Assembly: GCA_965249555.1 (NCBI GenBank)
Contig: OZ252243.1
Coordinates: 1,312,001 to 1,376,000, forward strand
Direction: 5' to 3'
DNA from: Nitrosopumilus sp.
GTDB taxonomy: Archaea > Thermoproteota > Nitrososphaeria > Nitrososphaerales > Nitrosopumilaceae
Length of the DNA stretch: 64,000 nucleotides
Positions within the stretch are counted from its first letter, which is position 1. Each line of letters begins with the position of its first letter. The notes beneath the pieces are model-generated. The model was not told the origin of the DNA, made no database searches, and saw only the letters and a program-made list of their open reading frames with translations. Positions 9,730-20,009 of this stretch are shown piece after piece. The position numbers and the translations under genes were made by a program.

Positions 9730-11178
9730 ATGTCTGCTAGTACTCCAAAAAAAATTGGAGAAAATCAATATCAAATTGATGCTGATTCCAATCTTGGAAT
9801 GAAAGTTCCTGTGAGGATTTATGCTGATGAACCATTACTTCAGAAAATGTTGTCTGATAGAACAATTATGCAGGCACGAAATGTTTCATCTATTCCTGGA
9901 ATAGTTGGTCAAAGTATTGTTTTACCTGATGGTCATGAAGGATATGGTTTTCCTGTTGGTGGTGTTGCAGCTATGGATGCAGAAGAAGGGATGATTAGTC
10001 CTGGTGGTGTTGGATATGATATTAATTGTGGAGTCCGGTTGCTTCGAACTAATTTAACTGAACAAGTAGTTCGCTCAAAACTAAAAGAACTTGTTACTGA
10101 TCTTTTTAGCTCTATTCCTTCAGGTGTTGGCTCTAAAGGTGCAGTAAGACTAAGTCATTCAGAACTTGATGAAGTATTGGTAAGAGGAGTTGACTGGGCA
10201 ATTGATCATGGGTATGGTTCAACAAATGATTCTGATGTATGTGAAGAGAATGGTAAAATTCCAAATGCTGATCCAAACAAAGTTTCAGATAAGGCAAGAA
10301 AAAGAGGAGCTCCTCAACTAGGAAGCTTAGGATCTGGAAATCATTTTCTTGAAGTACAGAAAGTTGCAGAAATTCATGATGAAGAAGCAGCAAAAAGAAT
10401 GGGAATTACAGAAGGAACTATTACAGTTTTAATTCATTGCGGTTCTAGAGGATTTGGTCATCAGGTATGTAGTGACTATCTTCGAGTTGCAGAACAGGCA
10501 ATGGAAAAATATGATATCAATTTACCAGATAGAGAACTTGCATGTGTTCCAAATACTTCTGAGGAAGGTGAGTCTTACAGAAAAGCAATGTTTGCTGCAT
10601 TAAATTTTGCATGGAGTAACAGACAAATGATAACTCATTGGACTAGAAAATCTTTTGAACGTGTATTTAATCAAACAGAATCTGATCTTGATATGAAATT
10701 AGTTTATGATGTTGCCCATAACATTGCAAAAATAGAAAAACACAAAGTTGATGGAAAAGAACGAAAAGTTGTTGTTCATAGAAAAGGTGCAACAAGAGCT
10801 TTTCCTGCAAATCGTGATGAAATACCATCAAAATATCGTGATTTGGGACAACCTGTTTTAGTTCCAGGCTCTATGGGAACTGCAAGTTGGATTTTGCTTG
10901 GTCAACCCAATTCTATGGATTTGAGTTTTGGTTCAACTGCACATGGTGCTGGAAGGACAATGTCCAGAACAAAGGCTAGAAGAAATTATAATGAAAATGA
11001 TGTCAAAAAATCTCTTAATGATAAGGGCATATTTATCAAGGCATTAACACGAGATGGAATTGTGGAAGAAACTCCTCAAGCATACAAAGATGTTGATGCT
11101 GTAGTTAATGTGTCTCATAATCTGGGAATTGCCACAAAAGTTGCAAAATTAGTGCCTATTGGTGTGATTAAGGGTTGA
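9730..11178 (+). CDS. rtcB: RNA-splicing ligase RtcB
   Basis: PDGHEGYGFPVGGV, GYDINCG, GSGNHFLE, HRKGATRA, HGAGR. Confidence 0.97.
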   Translation: MSASTPKKIGENQYQIDADSNLGMKVPVRIYADEPLLQKMLSDRTIMQARNVSSIPGIVGQSIVLPDGHEGYGFPVGGVAAMDAEEGMISPGGVGYDINCGVRLLRTNLTEQVVRSKLKELVTDLFSSIPSGVGSKGAVRLSHSELDEVLVRGVDWAIDHGYGSTNDSDVCEENGKIPNADPNKVSDKARKRGAPQLGSLGSGNHFLEVQKVAEIHDEEAAKRMGITEGTITVLIHCGSRGFGHQVCSDYLRVAEQAMEKYDINLPDRELACVPNTSEEGESYRKAMFAALNFAWSNRQMITHWTRKSFERVFNQTESDLDMKLVYDVAHNIAKIEKHKVDGKERKVVVHRKGATRAFPANRDEIPSKYRDLGQPVLVPGSMGTASWILLGQPNSMDLSFGSTAHGAGRTMSRTKARRNYNENDVKKSLNDKGIFIKALTRDGIVEETPQAYKDVDAVVNVSHNLGIATKVAKLVPIGVIKG

Positions 11179-11591
11179 GCGAAGAAGATTCTGAACTTGA
11201 AAGATTAAAGGCAAAAAGACTTGCTGAAATGCAAAAAAATATCTCTTCAAAACAAGAAATTGAAAAAACTCCAGAACTTGCTAAAGAGACACCACCTGAA
11301 AATCCACGAGATTTACTAGTTAATCAATTGGGATTTAGAGGATTAGAAGTTTTAGAAAATGCAGAATCCCAATTCCCTAATGAAACTAAAATTATTGTAG
11401 TAAAATTATCTGAGTTAATTAAAACAGGTGAAATTAATGAAGTTATTGACGGAGGAAAATTATTGACATTATTTAGATCAATTGGACTAAGTGTTAGAAT
11501 GGCAACAAAAATCAATATTGAACAAGATGGAAAATTTGTGTCTTTAAGTGACAAACTTAGTAACAAGTCATCAGATGACGGTGATGAGTAA
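11175..11591 (+). CDS. PDCD5-like dsDNA-binding protein
   Basis: DSELERLKAKRLAEMQ N-terminus typical of PDCD5 family. Confidence 0.65.
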   Translation: MSEEDSELERLKAKRLAEMQKNISSKQEIEKTPELAKETPPENPRDLLVNQLGFRGLEVLENAESQFPNETKIIVVKLSELIKTGEINEVIDGGKLLTLFRSIGLSVRMATKINIEQDGKFVSLSDKLSNKSSDDGDE

Positions 11592-11896
11592 TGGATATTG
11601 TTTTAGAAGTTGGAACAAAAAATTATGTCGATGATTTATTATCAATTAAAAAAGCACTTTCACATATGGAAACTCTTGTAGAAGGACATAATGGATATGT
11701 TCTTAGTGAACCAACATCAAAGTTTGGCTGGACATTTTTCAAATTAGCATTCAAGCCTAATTTACAAACTGGTATAGAGGAAAAATTTTCTGACATGTTG
11801 GCAAAGTATCCGTCTGGTGATCAACAACAAAAATTTGCAAACTTTATGACAGATTATTTTCTTTCTAGAGGTTGTAATGTAACAATAAAGATATAA
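11591..11896 (+). CDS. hypothetical protein
   Basis: 101-aa ORF coupled to upstream gene. Confidence 0.7.
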   Translation: MDIVLEVGTKNYVDDLLSIKKALSHMETLVEGHNGYVLSEPTSKFGWTFFKLAFKPNLQTGIEEKFSDMLAKYPSGDQQQKFANFMTDYFLSRGCNVTIKI

Positions 11897-11901
11897 GCTA
11901 A

Positions 11902-12408
11902 CTAAACTCTTCTTCCTCTTTTCCCACCTTTCTTTCTAGTGGTGTCATGAGGAATGGGTGTTACATCATCAATTCGTCCAATCTTAAATCCACCTCTTGC
12001 TAATGCTCTAATAGCAGCTTGTGCACCTGGACCAGGAACTCTAGAACCAACTCCACCTACTGCACGAACTCTGATATGGAATCCATTGAATCCTTTGTTT
12101 CTTGCAGATTCAACTACTGAATTTGCCGCTTTCATTGCAGCAAATGGTGATGACTCGTATCTGTCGGCATTGACATGTATTCCGCCAGAACTGATGGCAA
12201 CAGTTTCTCCACCAGTAAGATCAGTTAGATGAATAATTGTATTATTGTAACTACTGTAAATATGAACAATTCCCCATTTTTCAGGGCCTTCTTTTTTAAC
12301 CTCGGGTTGAGATTTTGTTTCTACTTTAGCCTCAGATTTTACTTCCTCAACTGGTGCTTCAGTTTCCTCAACTGAAACTTCTTCAACTTTTGCTTCGATT
12401 TCTGACAA
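11902..12408 (-). CDS. rps11: 30S ribosomal protein S11 with acidic N-terminal extension
   Basis: [39 protein letters not shown]. Confidence 0.97.
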   Translation of the reverse strand: MSEIEAKVEEVSVEETEAPVEEVKSEAKVETKSQPEVKKEGPEKWGIVHIYSSYNNTIIHLTDLTGGETVAISSGGIHVNADRYESSPFAAMKAANSVVESARNKGFNGFHIRVRAVGGVGSRVPGPGAQAAIRALARGGFKIGRIDDVTPIPHDTTRKKGGKRGRRV

Positions 12409-12465
12409 TGTCTACTCACGTCTTAAAGGGTTTAAAAAACATTGATTTTCTAATTTTGCCTTAAT

Positions 12466-12846
12466 TTGGTCATCTGGCATAAAATTAATGATTATTCATA
12501 TACTGTGATCAACTGGATTCTTTTAGTGGTATCCATTCTTTTGTTGGCTATTGGAATTGGAATTGCAATTGCTTTACTAGGATCTATAGGTTTTCAGTTT
12601 CTAACACCGATCAATGATATAGTTTTGTATCCCTTGGAACAAAAATGTCAACTAATCGCCAATGAAGGATACAAAATTCATTCACTTTATCCAAAATCAA
12701 ATCTTGATGAACTTCCTGAAGATGATATGAAACGAATGATGTACCTTGATGAAAAATGGATGAAAGAATGTGTTTCTGTTCTTCCAGCTGATTCTATAAT
12801 TAATATTGCAAATAATGTAGATCGAAAATTTTCCTATGGTGAATAA
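12466..12846 (+). CDS. membrane-anchored hypothetical protein
   Basis: One N-terminal TM; true start possibly GTG near 12505. Confidence 0.65.
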   Translation: MVIWHKINDYSYTVINWILLVVSILLLAIGIGIAIALLGSIGFQFLTPINDIVLYPLEQKCQLIANEGYKIHSLYPKSNLDELPEDDMKRMMYLDEKWMKECVSVLPADSIINIANNVDRKFSYGE

Positions 12847-13797
12847 TTATCTAAAATGTTTCCATCCTAAATCTTTCAAACGAATGTAATTGTTGTTCTC
12901 TTGAAGAAAAACTCCTTTACCTGATGTTACATACCCGATTTCAATAATTGGTGTTTTAAGCAATTTTGCATTTTTTTTAATTATTTGTCTATGTTTGGGT
13001 GATGTTGTAAATACAATCTCATATTCTTCCCCTCCATGAAAAATTAATGTGTTTAAATCAAATTTTTGAGATTTTGCATAATATCGTAAATCTTCCATCG
13101 AAGGGATATTGCTAATGATGAATTTCTTTTTACTCTGTTTTGACATTTCATTTAAAGTAGTTGATAATCCATCACTTGAATCCATTGATGATGAAAAATA
13201 CTTTTTATTTTTTATTCCAAAGTTGAGTTTTGGTTTTGGTTTTACTACTGATTTTATAGATTTTCTAACAAAATTCTCTTTCCCCTTTTTCTTCCCAAGA
13301 AGCATATTCAATCCTGCAGAAGTATAGCCAAACGGTCCTGTCACAAATATCAGATCCTTCTTTTTTGATCCTTTTCTGTAAACTATGTTATCGGTTTTTC
13401 CAAAAATACAAACATTAAACACAATTTCTTTACCTGCATTTGTATCTCCTCCAAGAATTGAAATACCATATTCATCACATGCTTTTTTGAAACCTTTTCC
13501 AATTTCTTCAATTTTTGAGTGTGAAATGGTCTTTGGTAAATTCACAGAAATAATTCCATATTGAGGCTTGATGCCTTTTGCAGCAAAATCACTTACACAT
13601 GCAACAATACTTTTTCTTGCAGCATCTGCTAATTTCATTTTGGATGGTATGTCTGTACTTTCTACGAGAGTGTCTGTTTTAGCTACAATTTTGGTTTTAC
13701 CTAAATTAAAAATTTCAACATCTTCAGAAATAAATTTTTTATTTCCTAATTTTCTCTGAAAAATTTTGATTATTGTGGATTCATCTAACTTGGTCAT
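12847..13797 (-). CDS. thiL: thiamine-monophosphate kinase
   Basis: TDTLVE, SDFAAKG, LGGDT, DSSDGL, GGEEYE. Confidence 0.92.
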   Translation of the reverse strand: MTKLDESTIIKIFQRKLGNKKFISEDVEIFNLGKTKIVAKTDTLVESTDIPSKMKLADAARKSIVACVSDFAAKGIKPQYGIISVNLPKTISHSKIEEIGKGFKKACDEYGISILGGDTNAGKEIVFNVCIFGKTDNIVYRKGSKKKDLIFVTGPFGYTSAGLNMLLGKKKGKENFVRKSIKSVVKPKPKLNFGIKNKKYFSSSMDSSDGLSTTLNEMSKQSKKKFIISNIPSMEDLRYYAKSQKFDLNTLIFHGGEEYEIVFTTSPKHRQIIKKNAKLLKTPIIEIGYVTSGKGVFLQENNNYIRLKDLGWKHFR

Positions 13798-15079
13798 AGC
13801 TTTGTTTTACTAGTTCTAATGTATCTTTAATAATTTTTTTACATTTTTCTCCATCGTTTGATTCTGCTGAAACTCTTATGATATCTTCAGTGTTTGATTT
13901 TCTAATCAAAACCCAACTATTCTCATCAATAGTTCCTTTAATTCCATCTAATGTACCTATTTCTGAATATTCTTTTGATAATTTAGAATTTACTTCTTTC
14001 ATTACTTTGTCATGAAAATTTGAATCAACTTCAATTTTCTCTCTTCTTTGACAATAATTTCCCATGTAGTTTAAAATTTCATCAAATTTTGAACTTCCTA
14101 ACATAGATGAAATTAAACCACTGGTAAGAATTCCTTCTCTACAATAATTGAATTCTGGTAAAATGAAACCTCCACTGCTTCCTTCTCCTCCAGCTTGAGC
14201 ATTCGTTTTTAACATGAGATCTATGACATTTGCTTCTCCTACTTTAGATCTTTGAACAGTACCTCCTTTCTCAATGATGAATTTTTCAATTGATATACTT
14301 GTGTCAATACTTAAAACAAATTTTTTGTATCCTAATTCCAGAGATTTTGCAACACCCAATCCTAATGTTACATCTGGAATTTGCTTCTTTCCTTTTATAA
14401 CTACAACTAAACGATCTGCATCTAAATCAAATGCAAATCCAATTTCTTTTTTATCGGATGCTGAAATTAATTCAGATAATTCATCAGATGTAGGATCGGG
14501 GCCTCTGGAGCATCCTGAAAGTTCTTCATTTAGAACTTTTACCTTGCATCCTATTTTTTTTAATAAATCCGGTGCAAAGCCTTTTGCAGCACCTCCTCCA
14601 ATATCCACTACTACTTCTGGTTGATTTTCAATGTTTCCTATGATTTTTGCAGCATCATCAATGTATGATGATGAAATATCTTGCTCAGTCCCAATTTTTG
14701 ATTTTGAAATTTCTTGGTGTTCGATAATTTGAGGTAATTCTTCTTCGTTAATGCCTCTTCCTTCAATAATGAACTTCATTCCATTCCATCTTATTGGATT
14801 GTGTGATGAAGAAATTACCAATCCGGCGCCATACTTTCTTGCTTCTCTAAAAACTACAGGAGTTGGCACTGTTTCTAAATTGAATACATCAATTCCATTC
14901 TTCATTAATGCCGCACTGGCAGTGTCTTTCATCATAGAACCTGATGGTCTTGTGTCTTTCCCAATGACACATTTTTGCGATTTAATTAAAGATGAAAAAT
15001 TATTACAAAATTCTAATACATCTTTTAGGTTAAGATCTTCTCCAAATATGCCTCTAATTCCAGAAATTGTTTTCTTCAA
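13781..15079 (-). CDS. phosphomannomutase/phosphoglucosamine mutase family
   Basis: SGIRG, SSHNP phosphoserine loop, DLDADR metal loop, R.SNTE. Confidence 0.93.
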   Translation of the reverse strand: MKKTISGIRGIFGEDLNLKDVLEFCNNFSSLIKSQKCVIGKDTRPSGSMMKDTASAALMKNGIDVFNLETVPTPVVFREARKYGAGLVISSSHNPIRWNGMKFIIEGRGINEEELPQIIEHQEISKSKIGTEQDISSSYIDDAAKIIGNIENQPEVVVDIGGGAAKGFAPDLLKKIGCKVKVLNEELSGCSRGPDPTSDELSELISASDKKEIGFAFDLDADRLVVVIKGKKQIPDVTLGLGVAKSLELGYKKFVLSIDTSISIEKFIIEKGGTVQRSKVGEANVIDLMLKTNAQAGGEGSSGGFILPEFNYCREGILTSGLISSMLGSSKFDEILNYMGNYCQRREKIEVDSNFHDKVMKEVNSKLSKEYSEIGTLDGIKGTIDENSWVLIRKSNTEDIIRVSAESNDGEKCKKIIKDTLELVKQSYDQVR

Positions 15080-15132
15080 TTAATCCAACTCGGAAAGACT
15101 TTTTATTAACTCTGATGGATTTATCCAAACGT

Positions 15133-15206
15133 GCCTTGGTAGCTCAGCCTGGTAGAGCGAACGCCTCGTAAGCGTTAGGTCGCGGGTTCGTATCCCGTCC
15201 GAGGCT
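15133..15206 (+). tRNA. tRNA-Thr(CGT)
   Basis: Cloverleaf: GCCTTGG/CCGAGGC acceptor, AACGC-CTCGTAA-GCGTT anticodon arm, TTCGTAT T-loop; TATA-like TTTATTAA upstream. Confidence 0.96.
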
Positions 15207-15416
15207 TTTCTTGTAAATTTTTAAAATTATCTAGGAAATTATTAAGGGATTATTCAACGAATGTTTCAATATCTGTTTCTAATTCTTTTCCTAACCCTTT
15301 CCACCACTGTTTAGTTTGTTCTGTCATATGCCCCTCATACTTTACGTAAAATTATCCTTTATAGATCTGTCGATTGATCCATGTTTGACTGTTTCATAGC
15401 ACATTCTAAAATATCT

Positions 15417-15602
15417 CTAACTTTCTTTCTCTTCTCGCTTTCTCTTCATTTTTCTATAAATTATTATCAAAAGAGCACCACCTGCACAGCCCCAAAATAA
15501 CTCTGATGTCCCATTTCTTATGGTTGGCTCAAACACACCAACAAAACCTAATGTCATTACTGCTACAAGAACTAATCCCAACATTTCAAGCATTTTTACC
15601 AT
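15417..15602 (-). CDS. small 2-TM membrane protein
   Basis: Two hydrophobic helices and basic tail. Confidence 0.6.
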   Translation of the reverse strand: MVKMLEMLGLVLVAVMTLGFVGVFEPTIRNGTSELFWGCAGGALLIIIYRKMKRKREEKES

Positions 15603-15664
15603 AATTTTTCTGTTATCCCCTTGTAAAATCAAAAAGATATATGGTTTTGTAAACCACACAATTT

Positions 15665-15871
15665 ATGGACAAGTATCTTATGGTGCTCCTAATGTTTATG
15701 ATTGTAACTATAGGTATAGCATTTGTAGATCCTGCTACTGGAGAATTTCGATTAATTCTCCCATTATTTTATGGCGGAATTGCAGGTTTCGCAATTATTG
15801 TTATTTACAGCTCCTATACAGAAAGAAAAGAACGTCAAAAAGCAAATGCAAAAAGAAGATCTAGAAAATAG
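15665..15871 (+). CDS. small 2-TM membrane protein
   Basis: Two hydrophobic helices, basic C-terminus; divergent from similar-sized gene. Confidence 0.7.
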   Translation: MDKYLMVLLMFMIVTIGIAFVDPATGEFRLILPLFYGGIAGFAIIVIYSSYTERKERQKANAKRRSRK

Positions 15872-15874
15872 ATT

Positions 15875-16156
15875 TTAAAGTTCTAATCCAAATGATTCTG
15901 CAATACCTGCAAATTTTACATAAGAGTCCAAGTATTGTCTACCTTTTCCAGTAATTACAAAAGTATTCCTACCATCAAACTCAATTCTATTAATTAGGCC
16001 AGCACCTGTCAAGTTCTCTAAGAATTTAGATAATCTTGAATGTGATAAGTTAGCCTTTGTTAGAAGAGATGTTGTTTTGATGCCTTCTTGTCCTGATTGC
16101 TCAGTAACAGTCAATAAATCTGCAACAATCTGCATACTGGTTCTATAGGAAGCCAT
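15875..16156 (-). CDS. winged-HTH transcriptional regulator
   Basis: YRTSMQIVADLL..KANLSHSRL..GLI..ITGKG; paralog of 38290-38577. Confidence 0.85.
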   Translation of the reverse strand: MASYRTSMQIVADLLTVTEQSGQEGIKTTSLLTKANLSHSRLSKFLENLTGAGLINRIEFDGRNTFVITGKGRQYLDSYVKFAGIAESFGLEL

Positions 16157-16239
16157 ACGTGCTTTTGTATAAAACTAAGATATAAGGGTATTACCATTCA
16201 TTCAGATCAGATAAATATGCTCTGACATGATTTTTTTTT

Positions 16240-16830
16240 ATGTCTTCTCAATCATCTATTCCATGGTTTGATGACTTTGAGGGCGTTGCTTACAGATACT
16301 ATGACCTTAGAATGAATGTAATTCCTTTAGTTACTGACAGAAAACAATCAGCTTCTCTTTGGCATGATACTATTCATTGGTGGGTAAACCCCTCAATCAA
16401 AATCCGATTTGTAGAAACTGGTGATAAATACTGGTTTATTCTTGGTTCTGATTCTCAAAAACCAGACACTAATCTGTCTTTTTTTAAGGTATTGCAAAAA
16501 TCTGAAAATTATGAGAGATTTAAGAAAGGTCATGGGGGAGAGGCATATCTTCGATTGGGTGTATATGCAAAAAAATCACTTGGTGATGTAAAAAAGAATG
16601 CTTTGTGCAATTGTAGCCATGAAGCAAGAGATCATGATGAAGGTGATAACGATGTATGTCTGTACAACAATTGTGATTGCAAAAAATTTTCTAGTTTTCA
16701 AGTAAACTTGCTGAAAAGAAAAAAAACAATTACTGATATTGCATTTTTAGAAGAAAAAGATGTAAAAGATGATCCTCTTGCATGGAATTGTCTTAATGTA
16801 AATAAATATTCAAAATCAGAACAAAATTAA
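16240..16830 (+). CDS. hypothetical protein with Cys/His cluster
   Basis: 196-aa ORF; CNCSH..H..C...CDC. Confidence 0.75.
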   Translation: MSSQSSIPWFDDFEGVAYRYYDLRMNVIPLVTDRKQSASLWHDTIHWWVNPSIKIRFVETGDKYWFILGSDSQKPDTNLSFFKVLQKSENYERFKKGHGGEAYLRLGVYAKKSLGDVKKNALCNCSHEARDHDEGDNDVCLYNNCDCKKFSSFQVNLLKRKKTITDIAFLEEKDVKDDPLAWNCLNVNKYSKSEQN

Positions 16831-16994
16831 TCTAAATGCTTGTTTACTCTGACATGTTCTCCAGGATAGTGCTCACCAAGTTTTTTTGAATAGCATTTTC
16901 CACATATTGGACCCTCTATTCCCCATTCATCCATAGACTTGTAATGAAGTTCAGTTTTTTCACTACAAATTGCACATTTGTCTTTTGTTCCCAA
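16827..16994 (-). CDS. small zinc-finger protein (55 aa)
   Basis: TTG start; MGTKDKCAIC...PICGKCYSKK...; two CxxC motifs. Confidence 0.7.
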   Translation of the reverse strand: MGTKDKCAICSEKTELHYKSMDEWGIEGPICGKCYSKKLGEHYPGEHVRVNKHLD

Positions 16995-17088
16995 AGCATT
17001 TTTCCTCTTTTTAATCTATATAAAAAACATTCTGGAATAAATTGTACTTGAAAAATTATGTTAAATATCACTTATTTGGATTAAATTT

Positions 17089-17150
17089 AGGTAGGTTGTC
17101 TGACCAATGTAAACCTCCTGCAAGACTTTTACTTGGTTGGACTACTACCT
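17089..17150 (+). ncRNA. candidate structured RNA hairpin
   Basis: AGGTAG/CTACCT, GTCTGACCAA/TTGGTTGGAC (two G-U pairs on + strand), GTAAA/TTTAC stems; TTAAATA ~25 nt upstream. Confidence 0.4.
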
Positions 17151-17157
17151 TTAAAAT

Positions 17158-18909
17158 TTAAAATAAACTGTTTGCTAGTTTTTTTAATGCTAGAATATCG
17201 TCTTCTTCATGTCTAATTTTTTTATCAATTACACGAAGCATTGTGTTATTCCAAACATGTTGTGAGAAGAAATTATGTTTTGTATTGGCTAACTCAATTT
17301 CATCATCTACTACAGTATCTTCCAGAAATTTAGTCACAATTACATCTGTTAACTTTAGAATTTTGGAATTAAGTTTGAAACTACGAAAAATAGGCTCTAG
17401 TTTTCTTACATCTACCTTGAAGTCATCTTTTGATTCAAGAATTTTTTTATGTAATATTCTAAAGTAGACTGCTACAAAAAATAATGTTGCATATCTTTTT
17501 GTTTTGTGACCTCCTTGTTTTCCATAATTTAATGATTTTTTTGCATATTCTTTGACAAGATAGGGATATAGCAAAATTCTGTAATCATCTTTCAAATTAT
17601 CATTGAATATGTCATCATATTTTCTTCCTCTTGGAAGAAACTGTGCTGGTGAACTGTACGCTTCAGTTGGTCTTTGTTCAATTCCTGCAACTAGCGATTG
17701 AATCGCATCTTTGGCAACAATGACTTTCTTGTGGTTATCTGGAAGATAGTTGTTGTATATTTCATCTCCTTCATATTCACACTGTTTTGATTTTGATTTT
17801 GTATCAAAGGAACCTGCTTGAATTTCATAAAAGTATCCACAATTTTTTAATTGTGATTTAATTGATTTGTGAAAATCCATCAGTGAAACTAGATCTTTTC
17901 CTCTAACTGAATTTTGAGAATTTCTGTACTTTGTAATATTATTTTGTTCTTGTTCATCATCTGCCTTGATTATTGTAACTGTCATGGAACCTTCCATATT
18001 TTTTGTTCGCTTTGAATGATCAAGAATAGAATTCGATGTTTGTGCACCATTGACAATTTGTGGAGCATGTAATTCAATCAAATTATCTCCCAACTCTACA
18101 AAGTCATTAACTACAATAGTAATTCCGTTATTATAATAGAAAAATTTGCCCGGATTATTTTGTAATGTTTCACGTAAACCTTTGTTGACTGTAGTCTTGA
18201 ATTGCATCCATTGTCTAATATTTGATTCAAAAACATAATCTTTGTTCTTACTTACAAATTCTGTAATTTCTCGTAACTTTAAAATTCCTAGAATGGTGTT
18301 TTCATGTTTTAGCATTCTTTCCAGTTTAATTGAGGATTTTTTACCTGCTGCAGGTTTTTTAATTCTATCCCATAATTTTTGAATTATTTTCTCACCATCT
18401 ATAATTTCGACAAATTCGTCATCATATTCTACTTTCTGATCTGTAACATAACAACATTTTACCTTGAGATTTTTTTCTTTAATTTTTGTAACAAGCTGAG
18501 CTAGTTCAGGTCTCATTTTTGTAACATCTTTTACAAGTAGTCGTTTAACATCTTCTTTGAATTTGGCAATTGCTTCTAGTGAATGTGATGTACCATATTT
18601 TGACTGGAACAATCTAATTGTATTATCTGAAAAATCTACTGGAAGATATGCATCAATTCCAAGATCGTTTGCTCCATCAACAATTGCATCTGCTGCATCA
18701 TCTTCTGTGGCCTCAAAAACTCGAGTTAACACCCATTGAAGAAAATTATATCCTTTCTCGACATCACTTTTAGCATTTTCAGCATATTCTTGTATACTTC
18801 CCTGAACATTTTCTGCAAATCCTTCTAAAGGAAGACTGGAGTTTTTTTGTACTAGTAGTGTATGTGAACCTGGTATGTATTCTAATAAACCATTTCCATT
18901 TTGAGACAT
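17158..18909 (-). CDS. AIPR family protein with N-terminal Mrr-like nuclease domain
   Basis: DGANDLGIDA..LFQSKY; FESNIR, FFYYNNGITIV, PQIVNGAQTS, NSQN.V..DL. Confidence 0.88.
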   Translation of the reverse strand: MSQNGNGLLEYIPGSHTLLVQKNSSLPLEGFAENVQGSIQEYAENAKSDVEKGYNFLQWVLTRVFEATEDDAADAIVDGANDLGIDAYLPVDFSDNTIRLFQSKYGTSHSLEAIAKFKEDVKRLLVKDVTKMRPELAQLVTKIKEKNLKVKCCYVTDQKVEYDDEFVEIIDGEKIIQKLWDRIKKPAAGKKSSIKLERMLKHENTILGILKLREITEFVSKNKDYVFESNIRQWMQFKTTVNKGLRETLQNNPGKFFYYNNGITIVVNDFVELGDNLIELHAPQIVNGAQTSNSILDHSKRTKNMEGSMTVTIIKADDEQEQNNITKYRNSQNSVRGKDLVSLMDFHKSIKSQLKNCGYFYEIQAGSFDTKSKSKQCEYEGDEIYNNYLPDNHKKVIVAKDAIQSLVAGIEQRPTEAYSSPAQFLPRGRKYDDIFNDNLKDDYRILLYPYLVKEYAKKSLNYGKQGGHKTKRYATLFFVAVYFRILHKKILESKDDFKVDVRKLEPIFRSFKLNSKILKLTDVIVTKFLEDTVVDDEIELANTKHNFFSQHVWNNTMLRVIDKKIRHEEDDILALKKLANSLF

Positions 18910-19076
18910 TTTATTTTTCTAATATGTTATATATTTAGAGAACTTGGTAATTATGTAATTACTATCGTTTATAACAAACTTTACAATAACTACCTAGTTT
19001 ACTATATTCAATGAGTAAATTCAAGATAGTATTCAAAGATGGAGATTCCCATAGTCAAGACCTACCCTAAATTACC

Positions 19077-19423
19077 ATGAAAAAATAATTAAAATAATAA
19101 TCATTCCTGTTTTAGTATTCTTACCTTTTATTATTCCAATTATTATTCACTATGGCCCACTTTGTCATTGGGGTGGAATATATTATAGTAATTTAGATAC
19201 ACTTGGAATATATTTTGGTAATGCATATACACATGGTAGTGTGTATCCTAGTCAAGCGATATTTTATTGTAGCTGGAATATAGAACATTTTATAGCAGAT
19301 TATGAACGTCTTGGGCAGTTTCAGATTTATGGATCTATACTTTTTGCAATTATTATTTTAATTGTTATTGGTTTTCAAAAAATAAAGAAAACAAGGAAAT
19401 ATTCAATGGATAAATGTAACTGA
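19077..19423 (+). pseudogene. 2-TM membrane protein frameshifted in A-tract after ATG
   Basis: ATG-A6-TAA; one extra A gives MKKIIKIIIIPVLVFLPF... continuous with ORF 19241-19423. Confidence 0.55.
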
Positions 19424-20009
19424 TCCAAGATTACCATATGATAAAAATTGTAGTATTTTTATTTGCTTTTACCATATTAGGATTTACAGGTATAGAAGCA
19501 TCAGCTTATTTGTTTGATGATTATATTTTAATGGAGAAAAATAACAACCAGTTGATCTATGTAAATGAAAAATCAGTTGATAAATTAACTGATAGAGGAT
19601 TTGCAAAAAAAACAGCTGACTTTGCTAAAGAATGCAATACAAGATTTATTGAAGACACAAGAGAAGATTCGACACTGAAAATTGGTTCAGATTATCATAT
19701 AACTTCAGATTGTACCATTTCAAAAAATAATAATACATTATGTGTTTTTATAATAAATTCAACTGATACTTGCATACATGAATTCGCAAAGCCAACAAAT
19801 TTGAAAGATTGTAGAATGATTTACAAGATGAATTCTGTTTATTATATGCAAGGTAATTTCCCTCATCCTGATTATCCTGATAATATAAACAATCTATTTC
19901 CATATTTTCATATTTTTTCTAACTATTTTTGTGATATGATACCCGATTATGTAAATTCTGGAAATTATTTTGATGAATGGGATATTATCTTTTCAGACAC
20001 TAAAATTTT

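Noticed and set aside
17056-17066. TTATGTTAAAT, identical to the E. coli dif XerD arm
   Set aside because: No matching left arm 6 bp upstream; an AT-rich 11-mer is plausible by chance and doubles as a TATA-like box.
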